Assembly (NCBI GenBank): GCA_965248355.1
Contig: OZ252098.1
Coordinates: 3,296,001 to 3,360,000, forward strand
Origin: Candidatus Latescibacterota bacterium
Lineage (GTDB): Bacteria > Latescibacterota > UBA2968 > UBA8231
DNA length: 64,000 nucleotides
Direction: 5' to 3'
The translations under genes were made by a program, and so were the position numbers. Positions 1-10,905 of the stretch are shown here, piece by piece (position 1 is the first letter of the stretch; every line of letters starts with the position of its first letter). The notes below the pieces were generated by a model. The model was given only the letters and a program-made list of their open reading frames with translations, had not been told where the DNA came from and searched no databases.

Positions 1-1136
1 CCGGGGTCAAGGTGGTGAAGGCCTTCGCCCAGGAGGAGCGCGAGATGCGCGCCTTCGGCCGGCGCAACACCGAGCTCCTCGCCGCGCGCATGGCCTCGGT
101 GAAAATGCGGGCCTGGTTCCAGCCCGGCATCGCCTTCATCACCGCCACGGGCGCGGTGATCCTGTGGTGGTCCGGCGGCAACCGGGTGCTGGAGGGCACG
201 CTGAAGATCGGCGACCTCCAGGCCTTCATCGCCTACATGATGATGTTCTACGGCCCGGTGCGGGAGCTGAGCCGGCTGTCCGACACGCTCGAGCGGGCGG
301 CCACCTCGGCGGAGCGCGTCTTCGAGATCCTCGACACCGAGCCCGAGGTGTTGGAGGATCCCGGCGCCCGGGATCCGGGGGTGATCGAGGGGCGCGTCGA
401 GTTCCGCGACGTCTCCTTCACCTACGACGGCGTGGGCCGCATCCTCGACCGGGTGAGCTTCACCGTCGAGCCGGGGGAGATGATCGGGCTCGTGGGCCAC
501 TCGGGCGCCGGCAAGTCGACCCTCGTCAACCTGATCTCCCGGCTGTACGACGCCGCCGATGGCGAGATCCTCGTCGACGGGCAGCCCATCACGGGGCTGC
601 GGCAGAAGCCGCTGCGCGCCCAGATCGGCGTGGTGCTGCAGGAGCCGGTGCTCTTCCAGGGGTCGATCGCCCGGAACATCGCCTACGGCCGGCCCGACGC
701 CGGCCGGCCGGAGATCATCGCCGCCTCCCGGGCCGCCAACGCCCACCACTTCATCATGCGCTTCCCCGACGGCTACGACACCGAGGTGGGCGAGCGGGGA
801 GGCCGCCTCTCGGGCGGCGAGCGCCAGCGCATCTCCATCGCCCGCGCCCTCATCGGCAACCCCCGCATCCTGATCCTCGACGAGGCCACGAGCTCGGTGG
901 ACACCCAGACCGAATTCGAGATCCAGGAGGCTCTCGAACGGCTCATCGCCAACCGCACCACCTTCGCCATCGCCCACCGCCTGTCGACGCTGAAGAACGC
1001 CGACCGCCTCCTCGTCCTCGACAAGGGCCGCATCGTCGAGGAGGGCACCCACGCTCAGCTCCTCGCCCGCGAAGATGGCGTCTACCGCCGGCTCGTGGAC
1101 ATGCAGACCGAGCTGGCCAGGGTGAGGGCCCTGTGA
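1..1136 (+). CDS. ABC exporter, fused permease/ATP-binding protein (5' truncated by window edge)
   Basis: Walker A GHSGAGKS, signature LSGGERQR, Walker B ILILDEATS, H-loop IAHRLST; end of TM domain at N-terminus. Confidence 0.95.
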   Translation, partial: GVKVVKAFAQEEREMRAFGRRNTELLAARMASVKMRAWFQPGIAFITATGAVILWWSGGNRVLEGTLKIGDLQAFIAYMMMFYGPVRELSRLSDTLERAATSAERVFEILDTEPEVLEDPGARDPGVIEGRVEFRDVSFTYDGVGRILDRVSFTVEPGEMIGLVGHSGAGKSTLVNLISRLYDAADGEILVDGQPITGLRQKPLRAQIGVVLQEPVLFQGSIARNIAYGRPDAGRPEIIAASRAANAHHFIMRFPDGYDTEVGERGGRLSGGERQRISIARALIGNPRILILDEATSSVDTQTEFEIQEALERLIANRTTFAIAHRLSTLKNADRLLVLDKGRIVEEGTHAQLLAREDGVYRRLVDMQTELARVRAL

Positions 1137-1636
1137 GCGGTCCCCGCACGAATCCCCCCGTCGACCCGGCCCTCGACGCGTCGGCCCTGCGGATTCGCCG
1201 CAACGGCCGCGTCCTGCTGACGGTGGAGACGGGCGGGGAGCGGTTCGACGACGTCTCCGTGCGGCGGGCCTTTCCCCTGGAAGTGGCGGACGCCTTCATC
1301 GGCCTCTTCGACGCCGGCGGCGAGGAGATCGGCCTCCTCGAGTCTCTCGACGGCCTCGAGGAGGAGAGCCGCACCGCCCTGGAGGACCAGCTCGCCCTGA
1401 CCTACTTCCTGCCGGTCATCACCTCGATATCGAGGATCGGCGAGGAGTACGGCGTGGTCCGCGCCGACGTGGAGACGACGAGAGGACCCCGTCAGATCGA
1501 GGTCCGCGGCATCCGCTCCAATATCCGCGTCCTCTCCCGCAACCGGGCCCTCATCGAGGACACGGACGGCAACCGCTACGAGCTGCGCGACTTCCATCTC
1601 CTGCCGGCGATCACCCGCGAGGTCCTTGGTCTCTAG
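1133..1636 (+). CDS. DUF1854-like protein
   Basis: GTG start overlaps ABC stop (GTGA); RRAFPL, ETTRGPR and IEDTDGNRY motifs; paralog at 39650. Confidence 0.85.
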   Translation: MSGPRTNPPVDPALDASALRIRRNGRVLLTVETGGERFDDVSVRRAFPLEVADAFIGLFDAGGEEIGLLESLDGLEEESRTALEDQLALTYFLPVITSISRIGEEYGVVRADVETTRGPRQIEVRGIRSNIRVLSRNRALIEDTDGNRYELRDFHLLPAITREVLGL

Positions 1637-2153
1637 CGCCTCCGCCCGACAGGTCCAGGCCGGCCTCGTACACGTCGTAGTGGCGGCGGGAGAACAGGGC
1701 GAAGAGGACGCGCTCCGGCCTATCGTTTCCCGACAGGTGCTCCCGCACCGTCTCCACCGCCACGGCGCCCGCCGCTTCCACCGGATAGCCGTAGACCCCG
1801 CAGCTGATGGCCGGAAAGGCGACGCTGGAGAGGGCGTGGGCCGCCGCCAGGGCCAGGCTGTTGCGGTAGCAGGCGGCCAGCAGTTCCGGGTCCCGGTCCG
1901 AGCCGCTGTAGACGGGCCCCACCGTGTGGATCACGCGGCGCGCCGGCAGCCGGTAGCCGCCGGTGATGCGGGCCTCGCCCGTGGGACACCCTCCGAGGGT
2001 TCGGCATTCGGCCAGCAGCTCCGGCCCCGCGGCCCGGTGGATGGCCCCGTCGACGCCGCCGCCGCCGAGGAGACTCTCGTTGGCGGCGTTGACGATGGCG
2101 TCCACGGCGAGGGTGGTGATGTCTCCCTGAAAGAGCTCGAGCCGGTTCCTCAT
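1611..2153 (-). CDS. Macro domain protein (O-acetyl-ADP-ribose deacetylase, YmdB-like)
   Basis: [28 protein letters not shown] and [13 protein letters not shown] motifs; ATG overlaps upstream stop (ATGA). Confidence 0.93.
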   Translation of the reverse strand: MRNRLELFQGDITTLAVDAIVNAANESLLGGGGVDGAIHRAAGPELLAECRTLGGCPTGEARITGGYRLPARRVIHTVGPVYSGSDRDPELLAACYRNSLALAAAHALSSVAFPAISCGVYGYPVEAAGAVAVETVREHLSGNDRPERVLFALFSRRHYDVYEAGLDLSGGGARDQGPRG

Positions 2154-3166
2154 GCCACGCACAGGAAGTCCCTTTCCTCCTTCAGGCCCATGGCGGCCAG
2201 CTGGTCGCGGATCAGGGCCCGGGCGCCGCGGGAGGCCACCGCCGCCAGCAGGATCGGCCGCTGGTGCGACCGCCAGAACGGCATCAGCTCCCGGGACGAC
2301 AGGATCGGTACGCCGCGCAGGGTGGCGCCGATCCTGGCCGGCGCGATGTCGATGAAACACACCGGCTCGTGCCCCGCCCGGATCAGGTGCTTGGAGAGCC
2401 GCCGCCCCGTTCGACCCGCCCCCCAGACCATGAGCCCGTCCCGCCCTTGCAGCGGGCCCCGGGCGAGGTAGTGGGCCTTGGCGCGCAGGAAGTTCTCCAC
2501 CGAATAGCGGCCGTCGGTGCGCGTCGCCCGGCCGGGGTGCTCGCGCCAGCGCAGCAGCGGCGCCGCCACCTTGGCGAACCGCCGGTCGGCGGCGTGATAG
2601 CGCAGCCACAGGTCGTAGTCCTCGGCCCAGCCGCGCTCCTCGTAGGCGCCGAGAGCGAGCAGCTCCTCGCGGCGCAGCAGGGCCGACGGATGGGCGATGG
2701 GGCTCTCGATGAAGATCTCCCGGCAGATCTCCTCGTGGCGGACAAGGGAGTTCTGCCACTCCACGTAGCGGCGGAAGCCCTCTGCCACCTCCCCGTCCGA
2801 GAAGACCTCCACCTGGGTGCCGACGACGCTCACCCCGGCGTCCGCCTCGGCGACCTCCAGCTGCCGCTCCAGGCGGTCGGGCATGCACAGGTCGTCGGCG
2901 TCCATGCGCGCCACGTAGCGCCCACGGCACTCGGCCAGGCCCCGGTTGAGGGCCGCGAGCAGACCGGCGTGGTCGATGCGCACGACCCGCAGGCGCCGGC
3001 CGGCGCGCGACGCCAGCAAAGCCGCCGTGCCGTCCGTCGATCCGTCGTCGACCACCACCACCTCGTGATCCTTCTCCGTCTGGTCGGCCAGACTGTCGAG
3101 GGCGGACCCGAGGGTGGAGGCGCTGTTGTATGTGGGCAGGAGGAAGGAGACGAGGGGCGTCGACAT
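2150..3166 (-). CDS. Glycosyltransferase family 2
   Basis: [15 protein letters not shown] (DxD) and EDYDLWLR motifs. Confidence 0.92.
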   Translation of the reverse strand: MSTPLVSFLLPTYNSASTLGSALDSLADQTEKDHEVVVVDDGSTDGTAALLASRAGRRLRVVRIDHAGLLAALNRGLAECRGRYVARMDADDLCMPDRLERQLEVAEADAGVSVVGTQVEVFSDGEVAEGFRRYVEWQNSLVRHEEICREIFIESPIAHPSALLRREELLALGAYEERGWAEDYDLWLRYHAADRRFAKVAAPLLRWREHPGRATRTDGRYSVENFLRAKAHYLARGPLQGRDGLMVWGAGRTGRRLSKHLIRAGHEPVCFIDIAPARIGATLRGVPILSSRELMPFWRSHQRPILLAAVASRGARALIRDQLAAMGLKEERDFLCVA

Positions 3167-3233
3167 GGCCGTGGCCCTTGACAGTGGCGAATGGTAGCCG
3201 TGCTTACCACGGCACGCTACACCGGGGTCCTGG

Positions 3234-3995
3234 ATGATTCACCTCAAGTCCGCCGCCGAGATCGAGAGAATCCGGGCCAGCTGCCGTATCGCGGCCGAGG
3301 CCATGGCTCTGGTGCGCGACGCCATCGCCCCGGGGGTCTCCACGGCGCGCCTCGACCGCCTCGCCGACGACCACATCCGCCGCCGGGGCGGCGTGGCCAG
3401 CGCCAAGGGGTACCGGGGATACCCGCGCAGCATCTGCGTCTCCATCAACGAGGAGGTCGTCCACGGGATTCCGGGACGCCGCCGGCTGCAGGCCGGGGAC
3501 ATCCTCTCCGTCGACATCGCCGTCCGCAAGGACGGCTACCACGGCGACATGAACGTCACCTTCGGCGTGGGCGATGTCAGCCCCGCGGCCCTCGATCTGA
3601 TGGAAACCACACGCCGGGGGATGGAAGCCGGTCTGGCGGCCAGCGTCCCCGGCGCTCGTCTGGGAGACTTGGGACACCGGATCCAGCAGCACGTGGAGAG
3701 CCGGGGGTACTCCGTGGTCCGCGACTACTGCGGTCACGGCATCGGGCGCGCCTTCCACGAGGAGCCGCAGCTGCTCCACTTCGGCGAACCCAACCAGGGG
3801 CGCCGGCTCGAGCCGGGCACCGTCCTCACCGTGGAGCCCATGGTCAATGCCGGGGCGCCCGAGGTCCGCGTCCTCGACGACCAGTGGACGGCGGTCACCG
3901 CCGACGGATCCCTGTCCGGCCAGTTCGAGCACACCGTGGCGGTCACCGAAGAGGGCCCCGACGTGTTGTCCCGCTTCGACGACCTGTCCTTCTGA
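3234..3995 (+). CDS. map: Type I methionine aminopeptidase
   Basis: NEEVVHGIP, DGYHGD, CGHGIG..FHEEP, EPMVN, QFEHT. Confidence 0.96.
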   Translation: MIHLKSAAEIERIRASCRIAAEAMALVRDAIAPGVSTARLDRLADDHIRRRGGVASAKGYRGYPRSICVSINEEVVHGIPGRRRLQAGDILSVDIAVRKDGYHGDMNVTFGVGDVSPAALDLMETTRRGMEAGLAASVPGARLGDLGHRIQQHVESRGYSVVRDYCGHGIGRAFHEEPQLLHFGEPNQGRRLEPGTVLTVEPMVNAGAPEVRVLDDQWTAVTADGSLSGQFEHTVAVTEEGPDVLSRFDDLSF

Positions 3996-4077
3996 GGGGA
4001 CCGTCTCTCCGTTGCACAACTTCCACGGGGCCGTATTTTCCTTCGTCCCTCTCCCCTGAAAGAACCAAAGGACTGTG

Positions 4078-4356
4078 ATGGCCAAGAAAACGACCAGCCG
4101 CGACGACGAGTCGACGGACTTCGGATTCGATCCCGGCTCGCAGCGCGAGCTGGAGGTGGAGGATATCTGCTGCGTCTCCGGCGACGAGGTGTCGGCGAGC
4201 TTCTGTCGTTTCCCCGACTACCGCCGCGGCACGATGATGGTGATGTCGAAGAGGATCGCCCTTGAGCAGCTGCGCAAGGGCATCACCCTGCAGACGTTCA
4301 AGAAGGTCCTCGTCAAGCGTCACGGCAGGAAAGAGCTCGAGGACTACAAGAGCTGA
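4078..4356 (+). CDS. Hypothetical 92-aa protein
   Basis: AAAGGA RBS; host-like GC-rich third positions; fills the gap between map and a convergent gene. Confidence 0.75.
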   Translation: MAKKTTSRDDESTDFGFDPGSQRELEVEDICCVSGDEVSASFCRFPDYRRGTMMVMSKRIALEQLRKGITLQTFKKVLVKRHGRKELEDYKS

Positions 4357-4393
4357 GCCCTGCGCCGCAGGGGGCGCCCGCCTCCCGCGGCCT

Positions 4394-4918
4394 TCAGGCG
4401 CCGTCGAGCAGCGCCTCCACATCGGCGGCGAGCACGTCATAGGGGTCGAAGCCGCCGCCGGGCACTCCCTGATACAGCCGCACCACACGGCCGCGCTGAT
4501 CGATCACCGCCGTCGTCGGCACGTACTGCATGAACGGCGACGAGCCGGTGTAGTCCCTGGCCACCTTCTGCCGGGCGTCCAGATAGATCGGGTAGTTGAT
4601 CTCGAAGCGGGAGACGAACTGGTCGATGAGGGGCCGCATCTGCTCGACCGATCCGCGGTCGATGGAGATGCCTACGACGGCCACCTCCTCGAAGTCCCGC
4701 CGCAGCCGCACGAGCGCGGGGATCTCGAAGCGGCACGGCCCGCACCAGGTGGCCCAGAAGTTGAGGATCACCACCCGGCCCTCGTAGTCCGCCAGGTCGA
4801 AGCCGCCCACCTCCCCCACGAATCCGGGCTCCCCCTCGGCCCCCTCCTCCCCGGAGCAGGCCCAGAGAGCCAGGGCCAGGGCCGCCAGGCCGCCCATGCG
4901 TGAGATCCAGATGGCCAT
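4394..4918 (-). CDS. TlpA-family thiol-disulfide oxidoreductase, lipoprotein
   Basis: LNFWATWCGPC motif; hydrophobic leader with LWAC lipobox; cis-Pro VPTT. Confidence 0.9.
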   Translation of the reverse strand: MAIWISRMGGLAALALALWACSGEEGAEGEPGFVGEVGGFDLADYEGRVVILNFWATWCGPCRFEIPALVRLRRDFEEVAVVGISIDRGSVEQMRPLIDQFVSRFEINYPIYLDARQKVARDYTGSSPFMQYVPTTAVIDQRGRVVRLYQGVPGGGFDPYDVLAADVEALLDGA

Positions 4919-4971
4919 GGTCAGGGGACCAGGATGCCGGCCCCCGGGTGAGGCGCCAGGACTTCCTCCTC

Positions 4972-7900
4972 TCACGCGCGCAGACCGGCCTGGGGAGGTG
5001 GGGCCGTGAGCCGGGCCCGTTCCAGGCCGGCCAGGGTTCCCAGGGCTTGCAGCAGGTCGTCGGTCGGCTTCACGCGGATGCTGCGCGAGCGGATGACGGC
5101 ATCTCGCCCCTCCGGCTCGGAGGGGACGCCCCGCAGGTGGACGACCAGTTCGCAGGGTCCCTCGTGCTCGAGACAAAGGCGTCGGAGATCGGCCAGCAAC
5201 TCCTCCGTCACCGCCTCGTAGGGCAGGTCGACGCTCACCGAGCGCGCCAGACGCTCCCGGCTCTCCTCCATCGGTGCCGCGCGGTCGGCCTGCACGCTCA
5301 TGGTGCCGTTGCGGCGGCTCAGACGGCCCTCGACGAGGATCACGCCGTCCTGCACCACCAGGTCCCTGCACTTGGCGTAGGTGTCGGAGAAGAACACGAC
5401 TTCCCCCTTGCCCGACAGGTCCTCCAAGGTGACGAAGGCCATGGCATTCCCCCTGCGGTCACTGGAAGGGCTGACGCGGCTGATCAGGCCGCCCACGCGC
5501 ACCGCCTCCCCATCCTCCCGGCCGTCGATCTCCAACAGCGAGGTGGCGAAGTACGCCAGGTCCTTCTCGTAGCGGCTCAGGGGATGGCTGGAGACGTAGA
5601 ATCCGAGAAGCTCCTTCTCGTGGGACAGCCGCTCCGTCTCCGTCCACTCGGACACGTCGGGCAGCACCGGCTGGTGCTCCACCTCCAGCGCCGAGTCCCC
5701 GCCGAACAGGCTGAACTGGCCGCGGCGGCGCTCTTCCTGAATCGCCTGGGCGTTGCGCATGGCCCGGTCGAGGGCCTCCAGCAGCTGCGCCCGGTGGCCC
5801 CCGAGGCTGTCGCAGGCGCCGGCGGCGATCAGGCTCTCCACCACGCGCCGGTTGACGGTTCCGAGGTCGAGACGCTCGCAGAACTCGTAGAGGTCCTGCG
5901 AGGGACCGTGCTGGCCGCGGCCGTCGACGATGGACCCGGCGGCGGCGGCGCCCACGTTCTTGACCGCCGCCAGGCCGAAGCGGATGCCGCGGTCGGTGGG
6001 CACGAAGTTGACGGCGCTCTCGTTGACGTCGGGGGGCCGCACGGGGATCTCCATGCGCCGGCACTCGTCGAGGAGGATGGTGAGCCGGTCGGTGTTGTTG
6101 CGGTCCGTGGTCAGGCTCGCGGCCATGTACTCCTTCGGGTAGTGGGCCTTGAGGTAGGCATTCCTGTAGGCCACCTCCGAGTAGCTCGCGGCGTGGGACT
6201 TGTTGAAGCCGTACCCGGAGAACACCTCGATGTCGGACCAGATCTTCTCCGCCGTCTTCCGGTCGACGCCGTTCCTCACCGCCCCCTCGGCGAACTCCTT
6301 CCGGTACTTCTCCATCACCTCGGCCAGCTTGCGGCCCATGGCCTTGCGGATGCCGTCCGCCTGGCCCAGGGTGAAGCCCGACAGGTCCCGGCAGATGCGC
6401 TGCACCTGCTCCTGGTAGGTGATGATGCCGTACGTCTCCTCCAGGATCGGCTCGAGGATGGGGTGGTCGTACTCCACGGCCTCCGTGCCCTGGTGGCGGG
6501 CGATGTAGGCCGGGATCCGCTGCATCGGCCCCGGCCGGTAGAGCGCGTTCAGGGCGATCACGTCCTCGATCCGGTCCGGCTTGAGCTGGCGCAGGTACTC
6601 GCGCATGCCCGGGCTCTCGAACTGGAAGACCCCCACCGTCTCGCCGCGGCTGAAGAGCTCGAAGGTGGGGCCGTCGTCCCAGGGGATCCCATCCAGGTCG
6701 AAGTCGGCCTGCCGCCGGCGGATCTGGCCCACGGCCTCGTCCATCAACGAGAGCTCGCTCAGGCCCAGGATGTCCATCTTCAGCAGACCCACGTCCTTGC
6801 ACGTGTCACCGTCGAACTGGGTGGTGACGGTGCCGTCCTTCGGCGCCCGGTAGAGGGGCACGTAGTCGGTCAGACGGGAGGGAGCGATGATCACCGCGCA
6901 GGCGTGCACCGAGGCGTGGCGCGCCAGGCCCTCGAGCTTGCGGGAATACTCGATCAGCTGTCCCTGCTCGTCCTCGGCGTCGGCCATCTGCTTCAGTTCC
7001 GGCACCCGCCGGATGGCATCGTCGAGGGTGATCTTCAGCTCCCCGGGGATCAGCTTGGCGATGCGGTCCACCTCCCCGAAGGGCAGGCCCAGGACCCGCC
7101 CCACGTCGCGGACCACCGCCTTGGCGCCCATGGTGCCGAAGGTGATCACCTGGGAGACGTTCTCCTCGCCGTACTTCTCGACCACGTAGCGCACGACCTG
7201 GTCCCGGCCCGAGTCGGCGAAGTCGATGTCGATGTCGGGCGGCTCGATGCGCTCGGGGTTGAGGAAGCGCTCGAAGAGCAGGTCGTGGCGGATCGGGTCC
7301 GTGTCGGTGATCTCCAGGCAGTACGAGACCAGGCAGCCGGCCGCCGATCCCCGGCCCGGGCCGACGGTGATACCGCTCTTGCGGGCATGGTGCACGAAGT
7401 CCCAGACGATCAGGAAGTAGCTCGAGAAGCCCTCCTTGGTGATCACCTCCAGCTCGTAGTCGAGGCGCTCCTGCACCTTGGGGGCGACCTCCGGGTAGCG
7501 GCGCTCCAGCCCGGCCTGGGCGAGGTGGCGCAGGTACTCGCCGCTGGACGCGAAGCCGGAGGGAAGGGGAAAGCCCGGCATGAGGGACTTGCCGAAATCC
7601 AGGTCCAGTCGGCAGCTCTCGGCGATGGCGAGGGTGCTCTCGATCGCTCCGGGCAGATCCGCGAAGAGCTCCTGCATCTGGCCCGGGCTCTTCATGAAGA
7701 GGTCCGAGGGATAGCACATCCTCGGCGAGTCGGAGAGGATCTTGCCCGTCTGGATGCAGACCAGCGCGTCGTGGGCGGCGTGGTCCTCGGCGCGCAGGAA
7801 GTGGAAGTCGTTGGTGGCCACCAGGGGCACGCCGAGCTTGCGATGCAGCCGCAGGAGCCCGTCGTTGACCTTCTCCTCCGCGTCGATTCCGTGGCGCTGG

Positions 7901-8433
7901 ATCTCCAGGTAGTAGTCGTCCCCGAAGATTTCCATGTACTCCCGGACCGCGATCTCGGACCGGTCCACGCCCTCCTCCCGGATCAGGTGGGCCACCTCCC
8001 CCGACACGCAGGCGGACATGCAGACCAGCCCGGCGCTGTGCTGCCGCAACAGCTGCTTGTCCACGCGCGGATTGTAGTAGAAGCCCTCCGTGTACCCCTT
8101 GGAGACGAGCTGGATGAGGTTCTGCCAGCCCTTGGCGTCCTTGGCCAGCAGGATCAGGTGGTTGGAGCCGTGGGCCAGGCCGCGGGCGCCGCTGCGGTCG
8201 TGGCGGCTGCCGATGGCCACGTAGACCTCGCACCCGAGGATCGGCCGGATCCCGGCCTTGCGGCAGGCTTGGTAGTGGGAGACGGCGCCGAAGAGATTGC
8301 CGTGGTCGGTGACGGCCAGGGCGGGCATGCCGGCCTCGGCGGCGGCGGCCGCCATGCCGCTGATGGCACAGCCGCCGTCGAGCAGGCTGTACTCGCTGTG
8401 GCCGTGGAGGTGGACGAACTCGGCGCTGGCCAT
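4972..8433 (-). CDS. dnaE: DNA polymerase III alpha subunit
   Basis: PHP VHLHGHSEYSLLDG, GPGRGSAAG, PDIDIDF, GLLKMDILGL, YGFNKSH; C-terminal OB fold. Confidence 0.98.
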   Translation of the reverse strand: MASAEFVHLHGHSEYSLLDGGCAISGMAAAAAEAGMPALAVTDHGNLFGAVSHYQACRKAGIRPILGCEVYVAIGSRHDRSGARGLAHGSNHLILLAKDAKGWQNLIQLVSKGYTEGFYYNPRVDKQLLRQHSAGLVCMSACVSGEVAHLIREEGVDRSEIAVREYMEIFGDDYYLEIQRHGIDAEEKVNDGLLRLHRKLGVPLVATNDFHFLRAEDHAAHDALVCIQTGKILSDSPRMCYPSDLFMKSPGQMQELFADLPGAIESTLAIAESCRLDLDFGKSLMPGFPLPSGFASSGEYLRHLAQAGLERRYPEVAPKVQERLDYELEVITKEGFSSYFLIVWDFVHHARKSGITVGPGRGSAAGCLVSYCLEITDTDPIRHDLLFERFLNPERIEPPDIDIDFADSGRDQVVRYVVEKYGEENVSQVITFGTMGAKAVVRDVGRVLGLPFGEVDRIAKLIPGELKITLDDAIRRVPELKQMADAEDEQGQLIEYSRKLEGLARHASVHACAVIIAPSRLTDYVPLYRAPKDGTVTTQFDGDTCKDVGLLKMDILGLSELSLMDEAVGQIRRRQADFDLDGIPWDDGPTFELFSRGETVGVFQFESPGMREYLRQLKPDRIEDVIALNALYRPGPMQRIPAYIARHQGTEAVEYDHPILEPILEETYGIITYQEQVQRICRDLSGFTLGQADGIRKAMGRKLAEVMEKYRKEFAEGAVRNGVDRKTAEKIWSDIEVFSGYGFNKSHAASYSEVAYRNAYLKAHYPKEYMAASLTTDRNNTDRLTILLDECRRMEIPVRPPDVNESAVNFVPTDRGIRFGLAAVKNVGAAAAGSIVDGRGQHGPSQDLYEFCERLDLGTVNRRVVESLIAAGACDSLGGHRAQLLEALDRAMRNAQAIQEERRRGQFSLFGGDSALEVEHQPVLPDVSEWTETERLSHEKELLGFYVSSHPLSRYEKDLAYFATSLLEIDGREDGEAVRVGGLISRVSPSSDRRGNAMAFVTLEDLSGKGEVVFFSDTYAKCRDLVVQDGVILVEGRLSRRNGTMSVQADRAAPMEESRERLARSVSVDLPYEAVTEELLADLRRLCLEHEGPCELVVHLRGVPSEPEGRDAVIRSRSIRVKPTDDLLQALGTLAGLERARLTAPPPQAGLRA

Positions 8434-8640
8434 GAAGCCCCTGGGGCCGCCTTCGCGGCGGCCAACTGACGGATGAGGCTCCGCTCGGAGGGAGCCGCAG
8501 GCGGAGGCCGGAGTGGAGCCGCCGCCGGAGGGAACCGCGGCAGGCAACCTATCGGCGGGGCCGAAGGCCGTCAATCACGCGTTGCTCCAGTGGGAGGGGG
8601 CTTCTATTATCGGCTCCCAAGCCGGAGGAGGACGACGACC

Positions 8641-9579
8641 GTGCGGATGCTGATCACCGGAGGCGCGGGATTCATCGGATCCCACCTGTGCGACCGATTC
8701 CTGGAGGAGGGCCACCAGGTGATCGTCATGGACAACCTCCTCACCGGGCGGGCGGCCAATCTTCTAGCCCACAGGAGCAATTCCCTCTTCGAGTTCATCC
8801 ACTACGACGTTACCGAGTACCTCCACGTCGAAGGCCCCCTCGACTTCATCCTTCACTTCGCCAGCCCCGCCAGTCCCGCCGACTTCGAACGCCTCGGCAT
8901 CCAGATCCTGAAGGTGGGCGCCCTGGGAACGCACAAGAGCCTGGGCCTGGCCCACGCCAAGGGTGCGAAGTTCCTGCTCGCCTCCACCTCCGAGGTCTAC
9001 GGCGATCCCCTCGTGCATCCCCAGGGCGAGGACTACCGGGGCAACGTCAATCCCGTGGGCATCCGCGGGGTCTACGACGAGGCCAAGCGCTTCGCCGAGT
9101 CGATGACCATGGCCTACAACAGGTCCCACGGGGTCGACACGCGCATCGCCCGCATCTTCAACACCTACGGCCCGCACATGCGGCGCGACGACGGGCGCGC
9201 CATTCCCAACTTCATCACCCAGGCCCTGGCCGGCGACGACGTCACCCTCTACGGGGACGGCCGCCAGACGCGCAGCATCGGCTACGTGACCGACCTCGTA
9301 GACGGCATTCGCCGGCTCATGGACTCCGACGTGACGACCCCCGTCAACCTCGGCAACCCCACGGAGCTCACCATGGAGAGCCTGGCGAGGAAGATCATCG
9401 ACCTTACCGGCAGCCGCAGCCGCCTGGTCCATCAGCCCCTTCCCGAGGACGACCCGAAGGTTCGCCTGCCCGACATCGACAAGGCCCGCAGACTGCTCGG
9501 ATGGGAGCCCCTCATCGGTCCGGACGAGGGTCTCGGGCGCACGGTGGAATGGTTTCGCCGGACTTCGAATGACCGCTGA
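8641..9579 (+). CDS. UDP-glucuronate decarboxylase-family NAD-dependent epimerase/dehydratase
   Basis: [44 protein letters not shown] before GTG 8641. Confidence 0.92.
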   Translation: MRMLITGGAGFIGSHLCDRFLEEGHQVIVMDNLLTGRAANLLAHRSNSLFEFIHYDVTEYLHVEGPLDFILHFASPASPADFERLGIQILKVGALGTHKSLGLAHAKGAKFLLASTSEVYGDPLVHPQGEDYRGNVNPVGIRGVYDEAKRFAESMTMAYNRSHGVDTRIARIFNTYGPHMRRDDGRAIPNFITQALAGDDVTLYGDGRQTRSIGYVTDLVDGIRRLMDSDVTTPVNLGNPTELTMESLARKIIDLTGSRSRLVHQPLPEDDPKVRLPDIDKARRLLGWEPLIGPDEGLGRTVEWFRRTSNDR

Positions 9580-10045
9580 TCCGGCCGCTCCGGGCCCCGA
9601 CGGCCACCTGCGGGTCCGCGTGATCGTCGGTTCCGGCCACGGTCCGCCCCGGTACGCGACCCCGCACAGCGCCGGCATGGACCTGCGCGCCCATCTGCCC
9701 CCCGGGGGGATCGTCCTCGCGCCCGGCCAGCGCGTCCTCGTGCCGACGGGTCTGCGGCTGCAGATCCCGCCCGGGTACGAGGGCCAGGTGCGGCCCCGCA
9801 GCGGCCTGGCCCTGAAGCGGGGGCTGACCGTCCTCAACGCGCCGGGCACGATCGACGCGGACTACCGCGGCGACGTGGGGGTGATCCTCGTCAACCTGTC
9901 CGGGGAGCCGCAGCGGATCGAGCCGGGAGAGCGGGTCGCCCAGTTGGTGATCGCGCCGGTGACGCGCGTCCGCTGGGAAGAGGTGGACGAGCTGGACGAG
10001 TCGGAGCGGGGCGGCGGCGGGTTCGGGTCGACGGGGCAGGGCTGA
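9569..10045 (+). CDS. dut: dUTP diphosphatase
   Basis: All five motifs: [34 protein letters not shown]. Confidence 0.97.
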   Translation: MTADPAAPGPDGHLRVRVIVGSGHGPPRYATPHSAGMDLRAHLPPGGIVLAPGQRVLVPTGLRLQIPPGYEGQVRPRSGLALKRGLTVLNAPGTIDADYRGDVGVILVNLSGEPQRIEPGERVAQLVIAPVTRVRWEEVDELDESERGGGGFGSTGQG

Positions 10046-10077
10046 GAGGCGGACGGGACTCCGGACCTGACGGACCG

Positions 10078-10905
10078 CTAGCCGTAGAACTTCCGCACCA
10101 GCTCCGCCTCCTTGGCGCCCACGGTGGCGGGATCCAGCGCCCCGGGCCCGAAGACGACGGGAAAGGCCATCCCCGTGTCGAGGGTGCGGGTGTCGGCTTC
10201 CATGTAGGTGACGCTGAAAGCCCTCCGCGGCCGGTCCGTGGGATTCGTCCCCGACCGGTGCAGCAGCAGGTTGTGCAGGAGGATCGCCTCCCCCGCCTCG
10301 GCTTCGAGGAGCTCCACCGACCCGGGCGCGGCGTAGCGGGCCTCCTCGTCGGGCGACAGGAAGTGCCGCTCGTTGATGACCCCCCGGCCATGGCTTCCGG
10401 GGACGATCTCCATGGCGCCGTTGGCCGCAGTGGCCTCGTCGAGCGCCGTCCACACGGTGATGATGGGATTCCGGTCGATCCCCCAGCCCGCCCCCACGTC
10501 CTGGTGCCAGGGCAGGGTCTGTTCCCACCGCGCCGGCTTGTTCATGAACATGGACCGGAAGACGGAGACCGCCTCGCCGATGTAGCGCCGGCAGATCCGG
10601 TGAAACAGGGGCCGCTGAATGTAGGCCAGGAACAGCGGATCCTGCTCGAGGTCGTCGATGCGCCGGTACGACAGGGCCGCCACCTCGTTCCCCATGGTCC
10701 GGCGCAGCCGTCCCGTCTCCGATTCGTGCAGCTGCATCCGCATGTTCGGATAGCGCACCCGCCCGAGCATGAGGTCGTCGATCCGCCGCTGCAGACCGGC
10801 CAGATCTGCCGGCGGCGCCACCTTCCCCAGCCGCAGGTATCCCTCGGCCACGAAGCGTTCGTGGGGAAGGTGCGGGAGCGGGCGCCGGACGGCGCGGCGG
10901 GTCAT
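10078..10905 (-). CDS. Phytanoyl-CoA dioxygenase (PhyH) family protein
   Basis: PWHQD, TVWTALD..ANG.MEIVPGSH, LLHRSG.N...RRA. Confidence 0.9.
   Translation of the reverse strand: MTRRAVRRPLPHLPHERFVAEGYLRLGKVAPPADLAGLQRRIDDLMLGRVRYPNMRMQLHESETGRLRRTMGNEVAALSYRRIDDLEQDPLFLAYIQRPLFHRICRRYIGEAVSVFRSMFMNKPARWEQTLPWHQDVGAGWGIDRNPIITVWTALDEATAANGAMEIVPGSHGRGVINERHFLSPDEEARYAAPGSVELLEAEAGEAILLHNLLLHRSGTNPTDRPRRAFSVTYMEADTRTLDTGMAFPVVFGPGALDPATVGAKEAELVRKFYG

Noticed and set aside
3178..3210. TTGACA upstream of map
   Set aside because: No acceptable -10 hexamer at 16-18 nt
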